From the NCBI GenBank assembly GCA_013178315.1, contig JABLWX010000002.1, forward strand, positions 232 through 64,231: 64,000 nucleotides of DNA, written 5' to 3'. A program made the position numbers and the translations under genes. This document shows positions 1-9,604 of the stretch, in pieces. The notes under the pieces were generated by a model. It did no database searches, was not told the DNA's origin, and saw only the letters and a list, made by a program, of their open reading frames with translations. Numbering within the stretch: the stretch's first letter is position 1; each line of letters starts with the position of its first letter. The stretch is from Candidatus Aminicenantes bacterium (GTDB lineage Bacteria; Acidobacteriota; Aminicenantia; Aminicenantales; Saccharicenantaceae).

Positions 1-103
1 TTTCCAGAGCCCTATATAGCTTATTGCTATTCTGGTTATATTTTTTGCAAAAAATATATAGAAAATTAATTTGAACTTAGCTTTCTCAATAAGCATTCGG
101 GTT

Positions 104-1066
104 ATGATTAAAAAGATACTTTGCCAGTTAATTTGTCTTTTAATCTTAAGAATTCTTGTACAGGCCGAATCAGCCGAAAAAATAACGGTTGGTGAGGTGC
201 TGAAGATCGGGGGAATAGAAAAAGATTTGCTATACCAATGGACGGACTTATGTGTAGATGAAAGAAATCTAATTTATGTCCTTGATGCCAGGGATTGTTC
301 TTTAAAAATGTTTGATTCGTTTGGAAAACTCGTAAAAATGGCGGGAAGGAAAGGAGAAGGCCCCGGAGAATTCAACTTCCCGATAAAAATAAAGAGTTCT
401 GGAAATCGTCTCTTTGTTTCTGAACTATATCGTCCCGGTCTTAAGGTCTTTACAAAAGATTTAAGTTACGTTTCTTCCATTCCGATCGCTGGACCAATAG
501 CGGATTTTTATGCCAAGGAGGGAGGAATTATTGTGGCTGCTCCCCGGATTTCAAAAGAATTAGCAGCACTTGTAGAATATGATTTCGAGGGTAGAGAAAA
601 AATGAGGATAAATTATGAAGAAGACGGTTTAGCTGATCCTGTGGACCAGATAAAGAGATTTAACATGCGAATGATTGACATTGCTGTGGACAGGCGAGGG
701 GATATAATAATCGTCTTCGAATTTATTGACAGGGTAATCAAGCTTAATGAGAAAGGCGATCTCATATTTAAGAAGAGCTTTTTTGGTTCAAGAGAAGCGG
801 TTTTTAAGAACTCACTTCCACAAAACCACGTGTATCTGGATGTGGATACCGATCAGCATAATAACATTTTCATATTGTGCGGGCATTACTCGTCTAACCC
901 CAAAAGGGACGTAATGGTTCTATCTGAGAAAGGAGATTACCTAACCACTTTTACCCTCCCCGAGCAGACTCATATGATATACATTGACCATAATAATTTT
1001 CTTTATGCCAGAGCTGACGAAGGCATGGCCATAAAAAAGTATAGATTGACCTATGGTAATAATTGA
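104..1066 (+). CDS. Secreted 6-bladed beta-propeller (NHL-like) protein; track start 71 is TTG, first ATG at 104 precedes the signal-like hydrophobic segment
   Basis: Translation has a 'GEGPGEF' motif and repeated blade-like segments typical of NHL/6-bladed beta-propeller lipoproteins. The gene is AT-rich (well below the window average) and overlaps the next ORF by 4 bp (ATGA). Confidence 0.5.
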   Translation: MIKKILCQLICLLILRILVQAESAEKITVGEVLKIGGIEKDLLYQWTDLCVDERNLIYVLDARDCSLKMFDSFGKLVKMAGRKGEGPGEFNFPIKIKSSGNRLFVSELYRPGLKVFTKDLSYVSSIPIAGPIADFYAKEGGIIVAAPRISKELAALVEYDFEGREKMRINYEEDGLADPVDQIKRFNMRMIDIAVDRRGDIIIVFEFIDRVIKLNEKGDLIFKKSFFGSREAVFKNSLPQNHVYLDVDTDQHNNIFILCGHYSSNPKRDVMVLSEKGDYLTTFTLPEQTHMIYIDHNNFLYARADEGMAIKKYRLTYGNN

Positions 1067-1578
1067 CCGAGCGATCAATGCATTTAAGAGTTAATACGCT
1101 GGGGCTGAATTTCTTATTGTTTCTCGTTCAAATCATTCAGGCTGAAAATATAATAATCTTAGCAGGGACGCCGACGTTGCCCCTGGAATTGAGAGGAGGT
1201 AGAGAATTTATTTTAGTCATAAATCAAGAAGTCGTCGAATGCCCTTTATGCATCGATAAACTGGACGGCTTTCTCAGGTTCGTAAAAATTCATAATCTAG
1301 AAAGTAATATCTTAGCTATCCTGGCGCTCGATCCAAGTATTAATTATGAGGAAAAATACATTCAGTACCTGGAGAAACAGATTAAGGGATATCTCATGGG
1401 AAACGATATGAGATTCCCGGTATTAGTAGATAGAGCTGGTTTATTCTGCCAAAAAAATATTACTCCTCCCTTATTGATTTCCTTCAATTTTCTTGAGGGC
1501 AAGGTGGATGTAATTAAACTTCCTTTCAATGATGAAAAGTTAAAAAGGCTGATTGGATTTACAGGAGTGGAAAAATGA
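1063..1578 (+). CDS. Thioredoxin-fold-like protein with 'CPLC' (CxxC) motif, signal-like N-terminus
   Basis: ORF with ATGA overlap to both neighbours, so likely translationally coupled. CxxC motif 'ECPLCIDK'. No confident family assignment. Confidence 0.35.
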   Translation: MTERSMHLRVNTLGLNFLLFLVQIIQAENIIILAGTPTLPLELRGGREFILVINQEVVECPLCIDKLDGFLRFVKIHNLESNILAILALDPSINYEEKYIQYLEKQIKGYLMGNDMRFPVLVDRAGLFCQKNITPPLLISFNFLEGKVDVIKLPFNDEKLKRLIGFTGVEK

Positions 1579-2078
1579 AAGCCAATCTAATTATTTCGAT
1601 TATTTTATTAATTGGAGCTGTTTTGATTACCATTCTTAAGCTGAAGGAAATCTCGGAGAAGAAAAAAAGTATTGGTAAAATATTTGTTCAGTGGTATGCC
1701 AGTGGATTGGTTATTTTCCCTTTTAACCTTGTAATCAGCATTGCTCTCATATTTTATGCAGTTTGGCTTTACCATGTAGCCAGGAGTCATTCTTCCGGGT
1801 TTTATTACGCGCTGAGCAGTCTGTCCATAATAATTTTCGTGACAGCTCTGTTACACTGGTCGACGTTCTGTTCGCTCGGTTCGGGTGGCTTCATTATCAG
1901 AAATAAGTACTACCCAAGAGAAATAATTTCCAGGTTAGTAGTTGATAAGTCGAAAATTTGGTATGTGATGAAGATCTATGTGAGAACACCAGGTACCGAA
2001 AGAGAACCCTGTAAGACTCTGCTGTTTCCAAAAAAGAAGTTAACATCTGTTGAAGAATTTATCTCTTTAGCGAGTTAA
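1575..2078 (+). CDS. Small integral membrane protein (hypothetical)
   Basis: Three or four hydrophobic helices in the translation. Third gene of the AT-rich coupled triplet. Confidence 0.4.
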   Translation: MKANLIISIILLIGAVLITILKLKEISEKKKSIGKIFVQWYASGLVIFPFNLVISIALIFYAVWLYHVARSHSSGFYYALSSLSIIIFVTALLHWSTFCSLGSGGFIIRNKYYPREIISRLVVDKSKIWYVMKIYVRTPGTEREPCKTLLFPKKKLTSVEEFISLAS

Positions 2079-2534
2079 ATCAAAAGGGCCATGTCAAGTT
2101 TTATTCGTGACTATCGTAACCTCTCCATTTTAATGCATCAATTAACTTCCCGGACCAGCGATTCACTTATTATAAGCCTCAGCTTCTCTGGATTCATGTC
2201 GGCCTGATCATTAATCCAGTCTTCCGTTTATTATGTAAGTTACGAGGCAATGAGCCGGAAGTATGAACTTACCGCAGGAAACGCTCCTATAGAGATCCCA
2301 TCAAGCCCTGGACTACCTTGCCCCGCATGAGTATCATAGTCAATGGAAAAGACATCAGAAAGCCCGCGTCTAACGCATGTCCTGGCCTAATACAAGGGTT
2401 TGACCGTTGGCTCTTGGTTCGGGTACACTGAGAAAGCATCATGATGAGTTTAAGAATCAGCAGTGAAGTGATGCCATATCAAAATTGATGCGAAGTTGAA
2501 AAAAAGTAGAAATTTTTCCGGTCTGGAGGTTCTG

Positions 2535-4709
2535 ATGATTAAAAGAATGATAAAGACCTGTCACCGGGCAATTTTGTTTTCTCTCGTTTTAATTATAGGC
2601 CTTTTACCGTTCACGGGAAAGCTGCCGGCTGACGAGGGCATGTGGCCGCTGAGCGAGCTCCAGCGTCTCAACCTGCAGGAAAAGGGGCTGAGGATGGACC
2701 CCAGCCTGATTTACGACCCCTCAAAACCGAGCCTGCTCTATGCCGTGGTTGAGGTCGGGGCCACCGGGTCTTTTATCTCGCCCGACGGGCTCATCATCAC
2801 CAACCACCATGTGGCCTTCGGCTCGGTGGTGGCGGCCAGCACCCCGGAAAAGGATTATTTAAAGAACGGTTTCCTGGCCAGGACCAGGGCCGAAGAAATA
2901 CCGGCCGCCGGGAGGACGGCCCGTATCACCGAGTCCTTCCAGGATGTTTCGGCCCGGGTCTTAAGCGCTCTGAAAAAGAACATGAGCTATGCCGAGCGGA
3001 ACAGGGCCATTGAACAGCAGATTAAAAAGATTGTGGCCGAAGCCGAGAAAGCCAACCCGGGGAAGAGGGCCGAGGTGGCCGAGATGTTCCCGGGTAAGAC
3101 TTACTGGCTGTTCCTTTACACCGTGCTCCGGGACATCAGGCTGGTTTATGTCCCGCCGCTGGCCATCGGCAATTTCGGCGGGGAGGATGACAACTGGATG
3201 TGGCCCCGTCACACCGGCGATTTTACCCTGATGCGGGCCTATGTGGCACCCGACGGGAAACCGGCGGAATACAGCGAGAAAAACGTGCCCTACAGGCCCC
3301 GTACCTATCTTAAAGTAAATCCAGAGGGCGCCAGGGAAGGCGATTTCGTTTTCCTCCTCGGTTACCCGGGACGCACCTACCGGCACCTTCCGGCCAGCTA
3401 CATTGCCTACGAGCAGAATGTCCGGATGCCGGCGGTGGCCGACTGGTATGAGTGGCAGATTAACCTGATGGAAGAAATGAGCAAGGCCAGCCGGGAGGTG
3501 GCCCTCAAGCACGATTCCCGCATCAAGGGCCTGGCCAACACCATGAAAAATTATCGTGGCAAGCTGGCCGGTTTGAGGCGGCTGAATTACCTGGCCCAGA
3601 AGCGCCAGGAGGAGGCGGCCCTGCAGGAGTTCATCCAGGCCGACCCCCGTCGCCGGGCCACTTACGGCCAGGTTCTGCCGGGCCTGGAAAAAATTTACGG
3701 CGACATGGGCCTGGAGTATCCCCGGGTCTTTGTGCTGGAAAACCTGAGGCGCTCGGTCATCCTCTTCCAGAATGCCATGACGGTCCTGGAAGCAGCCATC
3801 GAACGCCAGAAGCCGGACCTGGAGAGGAACGCGGCCTACATGGACAGGAATTTTAACCAGACCAAGCAGCGGCTGGCCCTTGGTCTTCGCACCAACTTTT
3901 ACCTGCCGACGGATATCGCCATCTTCAAGGAGCTTCTGAAAAAGGCCCTGGCCCTGCCCGAAGCCCAGAAAATTGAAGCCCTGAGCCGGCTGGCGGCTGC
4001 TGGAGGCAACCTGGACGAGGCGGTTAACAATCTTTTCAAGTCAACCAGGATGGCCGACTCCGATTTCATCAGGAGCCTCTGGGATAAGAAGCCCGAAGAA
4101 ATCAGCCAGGTTGATGACGCCATGCTCAGGCTGGCCCGGGACCTGTACCCCGAGTATAAAAAAATTGAGGAGAACAACCGGGCCAGGAAAGGGCAAATGG
4201 ACGAGCTCCAGGCCAGGCTGGTGGACATCCGCCAGGAATTCCTTGGCAAGCAATTCATACCCGACGCCAACGGCACCCTGCGCCTGACCTACGGACGGGT
4301 GGAAGGCTACGAGCCCAGGGATGCCGTCTACTACCGGCCGTTCACCACGGTCAGGGGAATAATGGAGAAGACCACCGGCCAGGAGCCTTTTAATACCCCG
4401 CCGGACCTCCTCCGGTTGATCAGCCAGAAAAACTTTGGCCGGTTCATCAATCCTGACCTTGATACCATACCGGTCTGTTTGCTCTACAGCACCGATACCA
4501 CCGGCGGCAACTCCGGCAGCCCCATCATCGACGCCGACGGGCGGCTGGTCGGAGTGAATTTTGACCGGGCCTGGGAGGCCACCATCAACGATTTCACCTG
4601 GAGCCAGCGTTTCAGCCGCTCGATCGGGGTTGACATCCGGTACGTGCTGTGGATTCTTCAGGATTTGGCCGGGGCCGGCCACCTGCTGGAGGAAATTGGC
4701 GTAAAGTAG
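2535..4709 (+). CDS. Peptidase family S46 dipeptidyl-peptidase (DPP7/DPP11-like), secreted
   Basis: N-terminal 'DEGMWP' motif right after the signal peptide. 'NHHV' His and C-terminal 'GGNSGSP' catalytic Ser motifs are present. GGAGG RBS 6 nt upstream of the ATG at 2535 (track ORF begins at the upstream TTG 2496). Confidence 0.85.
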   Translation: MIKRMIKTCHRAILFSLVLIIGLLPFTGKLPADEGMWPLSELQRLNLQEKGLRMDPSLIYDPSKPSLLYAVVEVGATGSFISPDGLIITNHHVAFGSVVAASTPEKDYLKNGFLARTRAEEIPAAGRTARITESFQDVSARVLSALKKNMSYAERNRAIEQQIKKIVAEAEKANPGKRAEVAEMFPGKTYWLFLYTVLRDIRLVYVPPLAIGNFGGEDDNWMWPRHTGDFTLMRAYVAPDGKPAEYSEKNVPYRPRTYLKVNPEGAREGDFVFLLGYPGRTYRHLPASYIAYEQNVRMPAVADWYEWQINLMEEMSKASREVALKHDSRIKGLANTMKNYRGKLAGLRRLNYLAQKRQEEAALQEFIQADPRRRATYGQVLPGLEKIYGDMGLEYPRVFVLENLRRSVILFQNAMTVLEAAIERQKPDLERNAAYMDRNFNQTKQRLALGLRTNFYLPTDIAIFKELLKKALALPEAQKIEALSRLAAAGGNLDEAVNNLFKSTRMADSDFIRSLWDKKPEEISQVDDAMLRLARDLYPEYKKIEENNRARKGQMDELQARLVDIRQEFLGKQFIPDANGTLRLTYGRVEGYEPRDAVYYRPFTTVRGIMEKTTGQEPFNTPPDLLRLISQKNFGRFINPDLDTIPVCLLYSTDTTGGNSGSPIIDADGRLVGVNFDRAWEATINDFTWSQRFSRSIGVDIRYVLWILQDLAGAGHLLEEIGVK

Positions 4710-4776
4710 CGGTCTGGACCGACTAAATTTAAGAAGTTGCTTAGATTTTTTATAATTACTGGAGGAGGGCAGGATT

Positions 4777-5202
4777 ATGAAAAAGGGCATATTGGCCATT
4801 TCCGTTTTTTCCCTGTTGGCCTGCGTTTGGCTGGTCTTTTCGCCGGGAATTCTGGCCCAGGAGCAGGCAGCAAGCCAGCTACCCATTTCCTGGGATAACT
4901 GGCGAGAAGCCAAGGCCAGCGCCGAAAAATACGATGCCGAGGGCGATTACACCCGGGCTCTTCAATACTACCTGGAATACATCAGGCAGGCAGAAGGGCT
5001 GGGACGCCTCGATCTGGCAGCCTGGGGCAAGAACAATGCCGCCTACATGATCATCAAGCAGCACAAGCAGGACCCCACTACCGACCTGGGTCCGGCCAAG
5101 AAGCTGCTGGAGGAAGGGCTGGCCATGGCCGAGGCCACCGAGGACTGCAGGCTGAAGCTCCAGAGCAACCTGGAATACGTGAAGATGTTCATAAAGGATT
5201 AG
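4777..5202 (+). CDS. Small secreted hypothetical protein (signal peptide)
   Basis: Strong RBS 'GGAGGAGGG' upstream. N-terminal signal peptide 'ILAISVFSLLACVWLVFSPGILAQ'. Confidence 0.5.
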   Translation: MKKGILAISVFSLLACVWLVFSPGILAQEQAASQLPISWDNWREAKASAEKYDAEGDYTRALQYYLEYIRQAEGLGRLDLAAWGKNNAAYMIIKQHKQDPTTDLGPAKKLLEEGLAMAEATEDCRLKLQSNLEYVKMFIKD

Positions 5203-5806
5203 ATTTCCGACTCTTAGAATTTCCGGTCCGAGTCGCGAGACCTCTATTTAATTGAAGTCCTGATCTCATCCCGGTTCTTGATTCGCAGGAGTTTTATTGT
5301 AATCCAACCTTTTTCTTGGTCAGTGTGAGTTGCCCACAGGTGGCCGTTTCTTATGACCGGACGCCGGCCGTAGGGCAGGCTGGTCCGGTAAAGGTAATAG
5401 CCGTCGCGGCTGTAAATGTCATATTCTTTCGGGGGCCAGTCCCTGCGTCTTCCTGGAAGCGGGATGGTCATGGAGCACCCAGATCCGACCGAGGTCATCG
5501 CTGAAAAGCTGGTAAAAGAAAGGCTGCGCTGTGATGATCAGGAGCTTGCCAATTCAGGCCAGCTCCTCAGCTGGAATGGGACCGGTCCTCCCTCAGCCTT
5601 AAGACTAAGACCTTAAAGTGGTTGCCTGGAAAGGGCAAAAAGGCTATTATTGACATCCTGTAGCTTGCTGGTAATAGATCTGAGTTTCTGGCCACAATTC
5701 CAGTGGTTCCCAGAACCGGTCGGGTCAGTGCCCTGGCTACCTGATCCAATAAGAAAGAGAAAATAACCTCAAGTCGAAGGTTGATTTTAATATTTCAGGT
5801 GAAAAA

Positions 5807-8020
5807 ATGAAGAGATTCGGAAAAGCAATTCTTCCCTTGATATTTCTAACCTGCTTGGCCGGCCTGAAGCCCGGACTGGCTGCCCAGCAGAATGGCGAAG
5901 TCAGGCTCCGGGCTGTCCGCATTGAGGAAGCCCCGCGTATTGACGGAAACCTCCTGGAGCCAGCCTGGAACCAGGCCGTTCCCTTTTCCGGTTTCCTGAT
6001 GGTCGAGCCGGTGCCCGGCTCTCAGCCGAGCGAAAAGACCGAGCTCCGGGTTCTTTATGATGAGGGCAACCTGTACCTGGGAATATATTGTTATGACGGC
6101 GAACCGAAAAAAATTGCGGCCAACTCCCTGGCCCACGACCAGACCGGGCGCAGCCGGGGCTGGTGGGGAATGGGACATCAAACTGCCAGCACCAGCGATG
6201 ACGTGGTCAGGATTCTGATCGACCCCTTCCTGGACAAAAGAACCGCCTATGTTTTTTATGTCAATGCCAGGGGAGCCAGGAGCGAGGGGCTGGTCTCCGG
6301 CGGCAATGCCAGCCTGAACTGGGATGGCATCTGGGAAGCTAAGGCAAAAATACAGGAAGATGGCTGGTCGGCCGAAATCAAGATTCCTTTCAAGACCATT
6401 TCCTTCAAGAAAGACCTGCCGGCCTGGGGCCTCAACGTCGAGCGCTACATCCCCCGCAAGCAGGAGACCATCCGCCTGTCGGGTATCTCCCGTGACGCCA
6501 ATTTCAACAACCCGATGACCGCGGCCGAGCTGGAAGGCATTTCCGATATCAAACAGGGCCTTGGAATAACCATCCGCCCCTACGGCCTGGTGGCTGCCCA
6601 GAATGACCGCCTGGAGGACAACAGGTATGACTGGAAGACCCAGGGCGGAGTGGATGTTTACAAGAACATCACCCCCAATCTGGTGGCCGCCCTGACCTAC
6701 AACACCGATTTCGCCGAGACCGAGGTGGACGAGCGCCGCATCAACCTGACCCGCTTCCCGCTGTTTTTTCCGGAAAAGAGAATGTTCTTCCTGGAGGGCT
6801 CAGAGACCTTTAATTTCAGTTCCAGCGTCAGCTTTTTCCCGTTTTTCAGCCGCCGGATCGGACTGTACCAGGGGCAGCAGGTGCCTATCAATTTCGGGGC
6901 CAAGCTTTATGGCAAGCTGGGCAAGTTCAACCTCTCCGTACTGGACATGGAAACAAAGGCCTTTGACCCCCTGCCACGCAGCAACATGCTGGCCGGCCGG
7001 GTCACCTATGATTTCCTGGAAGAGAGCAAGATTGGCCTCATTTTCACCAACGGCAGCCCGACGGGCGAGAACAACACCCTGGTCGGCTTCGATATCAATT
7101 ATGCCAGTTCCCGTTTTGCCGGCAACAAGAATATCTGGCTGGCCGGCTGGGCCGTTTATAACTGGAACGAAAGGGAAGGGCGGCACCATGGCTTCGGGCT
7201 GAGGGCCAACTATCCCAATGACCTGGTCAACATAGAATCCACGTATGCTTACTACGGGGAGGCCCTGGACCCGGGCCTGGGCTACATGATGCGCCAGGGC
7301 ATCCAGACCTTCTACCTTAAGCTATCCTATAACCCGCGCCCCAGCCGGGGCTGGCTGGACCGGGTGGTCAGGCAGTTCTTTCTTGAAGCCAGCGGTGATT
7401 TTTACTGGAAGCTGGACGGCACCCTGGAGACCAGCCGCCTGACCTTTGAACCCCTGAGCTTCCGGACCGAGAGCGGCGAGAGCTTTAATGCCTCGGTCGT
7501 GGTCAACCATGACGTTCTGCCCTATGACTTTGAAGTGGCCGAGGGGGTGGTCCTGCCAGCCGGTCCGTATGATTTTACCAACCTGCGTACCAGTTTCAAC
7601 ACGGCCACCTTCCGCCCGCTGTCCTTCGACCTGAGCTATACGGTTGGCGGATTTTATTCCGGGCATTACGGCGATTTTAATGCCGGGCTGACCTACCATT
7701 TCCGGGGAAACCTGGACCTGTCGTTCAACACCAACCTGGTGCGGGGGACCCTGCCCCAGGGGAAAATAAACGAGAACGTCTACCAGCTCAAGCTGGATTT
7801 CTATTTTTCGCCAGACCTGGGCTTCATGAATTACATCCAGTATGACAGCGTTTCTAAGCTGCTGGGCTGGAGCGCCCGCCTGCGCTGGGAAATCAAGCCC
7901 GGCAATTTTATCTACCTGATTTACAACTCCAACTGGGAAAGGCGCTGGGACCCGGCCAGCCGCTTCTACGCTGCCGGCGACCGTGGCGTCTTCAAGGTTA
8001 CCCTGTCCATACGGCCCTGA
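5807..8020 (+). CDS. DUF5916 / carbohydrate-binding-family-9-like domain protein (secreted)
   Basis: Signal peptide. The N-terminal block 'APRIDGNLLEPAWNQA...LYDEGNLYLGIYCYD' is CBM9-like, followed by a long beta-rich region. Paralogous to 43648..46398. Confidence 0.65.
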   Translation: MKRFGKAILPLIFLTCLAGLKPGLAAQQNGEVRLRAVRIEEAPRIDGNLLEPAWNQAVPFSGFLMVEPVPGSQPSEKTELRVLYDEGNLYLGIYCYDGEPKKIAANSLAHDQTGRSRGWWGMGHQTASTSDDVVRILIDPFLDKRTAYVFYVNARGARSEGLVSGGNASLNWDGIWEAKAKIQEDGWSAEIKIPFKTISFKKDLPAWGLNVERYIPRKQETIRLSGISRDANFNNPMTAAELEGISDIKQGLGITIRPYGLVAAQNDRLEDNRYDWKTQGGVDVYKNITPNLVAALTYNTDFAETEVDERRINLTRFPLFFPEKRMFFLEGSETFNFSSSVSFFPFFSRRIGLYQGQQVPINFGAKLYGKLGKFNLSVLDMETKAFDPLPRSNMLAGRVTYDFLEESKIGLIFTNGSPTGENNTLVGFDINYASSRFAGNKNIWLAGWAVYNWNEREGRHHGFGLRANYPNDLVNIESTYAYYGEALDPGLGYMMRQGIQTFYLKLSYNPRPSRGWLDRVVRQFFLEASGDFYWKLDGTLETSRLTFEPLSFRTESGESFNASVVVNHDVLPYDFEVAEGVVLPAGPYDFTNLRTSFNTATFRPLSFDLSYTVGGFYSGHYGDFNAGLTYHFRGNLDLSFNTNLVRGTLPQGKINENVYQLKLDFYFSPDLGFMNYIQYDSVSKLLGWSARLRWEIKPGNFIYLIYNSNWERRWDPASRFYAAGDRGVFKVTLSIRP

Positions 8021-8306
8021 AGCCGTCGGCGGAGAACAGAATTATTTCGAATAATCAGGATGATTATTGAACCTCCCTTTTAGCTACCAGCCCGGTTTGG
8101 CCCTTTTCCGTTCCGGGAACAGCCGCCAACCTTAAAAGATACAGGTTTTTAATAGGTTGAAATTCGTCCTGGCCGGACTGAAGTTTTTATCCCGGGGCAA
8201 CTTCTGGTCAAGACCTTCCAGCAAGCTGGGGTAACCGGGGGTTGCTTCTAAAAGCAAGATCTGTTATTAGTTTAGTAAGGGAAATTTAACCAGGGGGAGG
8301 TTTAAC

Positions 8307-8861
8307 ATGAACAGAGTAATCTCGGTTTTAATCGGAGTGGCTTTTCTTTTGCTTCTCGTTCAGGGACCGGCTTTCTCCCAGGAAGAGACGCCAAAGACCG
8401 GTGACAAAAAATTTGACTCTTACCTGAAGAGGATGAATGAAGAAGCCAAGGGAGACCCGGAAGGCTTTTTGCGCCGGCTCAGCGAAAGGCACAATGTGCC
8501 CGAACAGGAGATCCGTCAAGCCAAGGAGAAGCATGGCCTGGATTTTGGAGAAACCTACATGGCCACCGTCCTGGCCAGGAGGACCAATCGGAATGTTTAT
8601 GAAGTGGCAGAACAATACAGGCAGAACAAGGGGCAGGGCTGGGGGGTCCTGGCCCAGCGGATGGGCATCAAGCCGGGTTCGCCTGAGTTCAAGCAGATGA
8701 AAGCGGAGGCCAAGGGACACGTTGATCACCTGAAAGCCAGAAACAAGCTGCGAAAGAAAGAAATGGAAAGGGAAAGGGAAAGAGAAAAGGAAAGAGAAAA
8801 AGCCCAGCAGAAGGCGGGAAAAATCAAGGACAAACCGACAGGCAAAATTAAGAATAAATAA
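8307..8861 (+). CDS. Secreted hypothetical protein with Lys/Glu/Arg-rich low-complexity C-terminus
   Basis: RBS GGGGGAGG. Signal peptide. C-terminus 'EMEREREREKEREKAQQKAGKIKDK'. Confidence 0.5.
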   Translation: MNRVISVLIGVAFLLLLVQGPAFSQEETPKTGDKKFDSYLKRMNEEAKGDPEGFLRRLSERHNVPEQEIRQAKEKHGLDFGETYMATVLARRTNRNVYEVAEQYRQNKGQGWGVLAQRMGIKPGSPEFKQMKAEAKGHVDHLKARNKLRKKEMEREREREKEREKAQQKAGKIKDKPTGKIKNK

Positions 8862-9120
8862 CTCTATTACTTATTGCCAGGTCGAAATTCTGCACTGAGT
8901 GGCAATCTATATCGTTTAAGAGCGTTGAATTACATAAAAAAACTGCCCTCTGTTATCAGGACTGCGAGTTCTTGACGACATAACAACCCCCTTCTTTCAG
9001 CCTTTTTCATCCGAAAGATCTTAGAAGGGGCGGTTGAACCCTCAAGCTAAGGGCGGAATAAAACCCCTGCTACCAAGGTGCTACCAAGGGCCCGCCTGTA
9101 ATTCTAAGGCCAGGGAAATC

Positions 9121-9294
9121 TTATTTTGCCTTTTTAGCCTTCTTGGCTTTGGCTGCGGTCTCGGCCTTGCTCTTTTTCCTCATGTCCGCGGCGTGGGCCC
9201 TCTTATAGGTCTGAATATCCACGAAGCGGCCCTTTTCGTCGCGCACCGCGTAGAGCTTGGTGCCCTTGACACTGCGATGGGTTGTTCTTTTCAT
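9121..9294 (-). CDS. Small (57 aa) basic protein, Lys/Ala-rich tail (hypothetical); not in ORF track because it is under 60 aa
   Basis: Reverse-strand translation is 'MKRTTHRSVKGTKLYAVRDEKGRFVDIQTYKRAHAADMRKKSKAETAAKAKKAKKAK'. Strong RBS AAGGAGG 5-6 nt upstream. Lies 22 bp downstream of the GlsB/YeaQ-like gene on the same strand. Confidence 0.4.
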   Translation of the reverse strand: MKRTTHRSVKGTKLYAVRDEKGRFVDIQTYKRAHAADMRKKSKAETAAKAKKAKKAK

Positions 9295-9316
9295 GGCTAT
9301 ATGCCTCCTTTGGAAT

Positions 9317-9604
9317 TTACTTCTTGGCCAGTGCGCTCTTGATGGCGCCGATGATGGCCATCAAGATACCGCCCCCGACTCCGCCCCCGGCAACGCTGCC
9401 AATGATGCCGGCCAGGTCAGTGCCACCGCTGCCGCTGGCCACGCCCAGCATGCCCAGCAGCTGGCCGCCCAGTCCCCCTCCGATGATTCCCAGGATGGAA
9501 TTTAAGACCGTTCCCAGGGAAATTTTTTTGAAGAGTGAACCGGAGATGTTCCCACCCACGGCACCGCTGACCAGCTGAATGATTACGGCTACCAGACTGT
9601 TCAT
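9317..9604 (-). CDS. GlsB/YeaQ/YmgE family (transglycosylase-associated) small membrane stress protein
   Basis: Gly-rich hydrophobic repeats 'IIGGGLGGQLLGMLG...GIIGSVAGGGVGG' are characteristic of this family. RBS AGGAGG upstream of the start at 9604. Confidence 0.7.
   Translation of the reverse strand: MNSLVAVIIQLVSGAVGGNISGSLFKKISLGTVLNSILGIIGGGLGGQLLGMLGVASGSGGTDLAGIIGSVAGGGVGGGILMAIIGAIKSALAKK

Noticed and set aside
71-103. The TTG-initiated N-terminal extension of the first ORF (and similar upstream extensions at 2496, 28225, 31061, 33984, 36491, 39395, 42332, 54689, 50313, and at 63294 and 39447 on the minus strand).
   Set aside because: Downstream ATG codons with clear Shine-Dalgarno sequences and signal peptides give more plausible starts.
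5244-5498. 84-aa minus-strand ORF in the 600-bp gap between 4777..5202 and 5807..8020 (also the plus-strand ORFs 5316..5504 and 5416..5616).
   Set aside because: There is no convincing RBS and no family resemblance. It could be a real small protein, but the evidence is insufficient and it is left uncalled.
8729-8861. The 'EREREREKEREK' stretch, considered as a possible repeat element.
   Set aside because: It is a low-complexity charged tail of a secreted protein at codon level, not a DNA repeat array.
9034-9578. Plus-strand ORFs 9034..9342, 9257..9505 and 9282..9578.
   Set aside because: They overlap two minus-strand genes that have strong RBSs and a recognisable GlsB/YeaQ family signature. 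The plus-strand translations are low-complexity Pro/Ala-rich.
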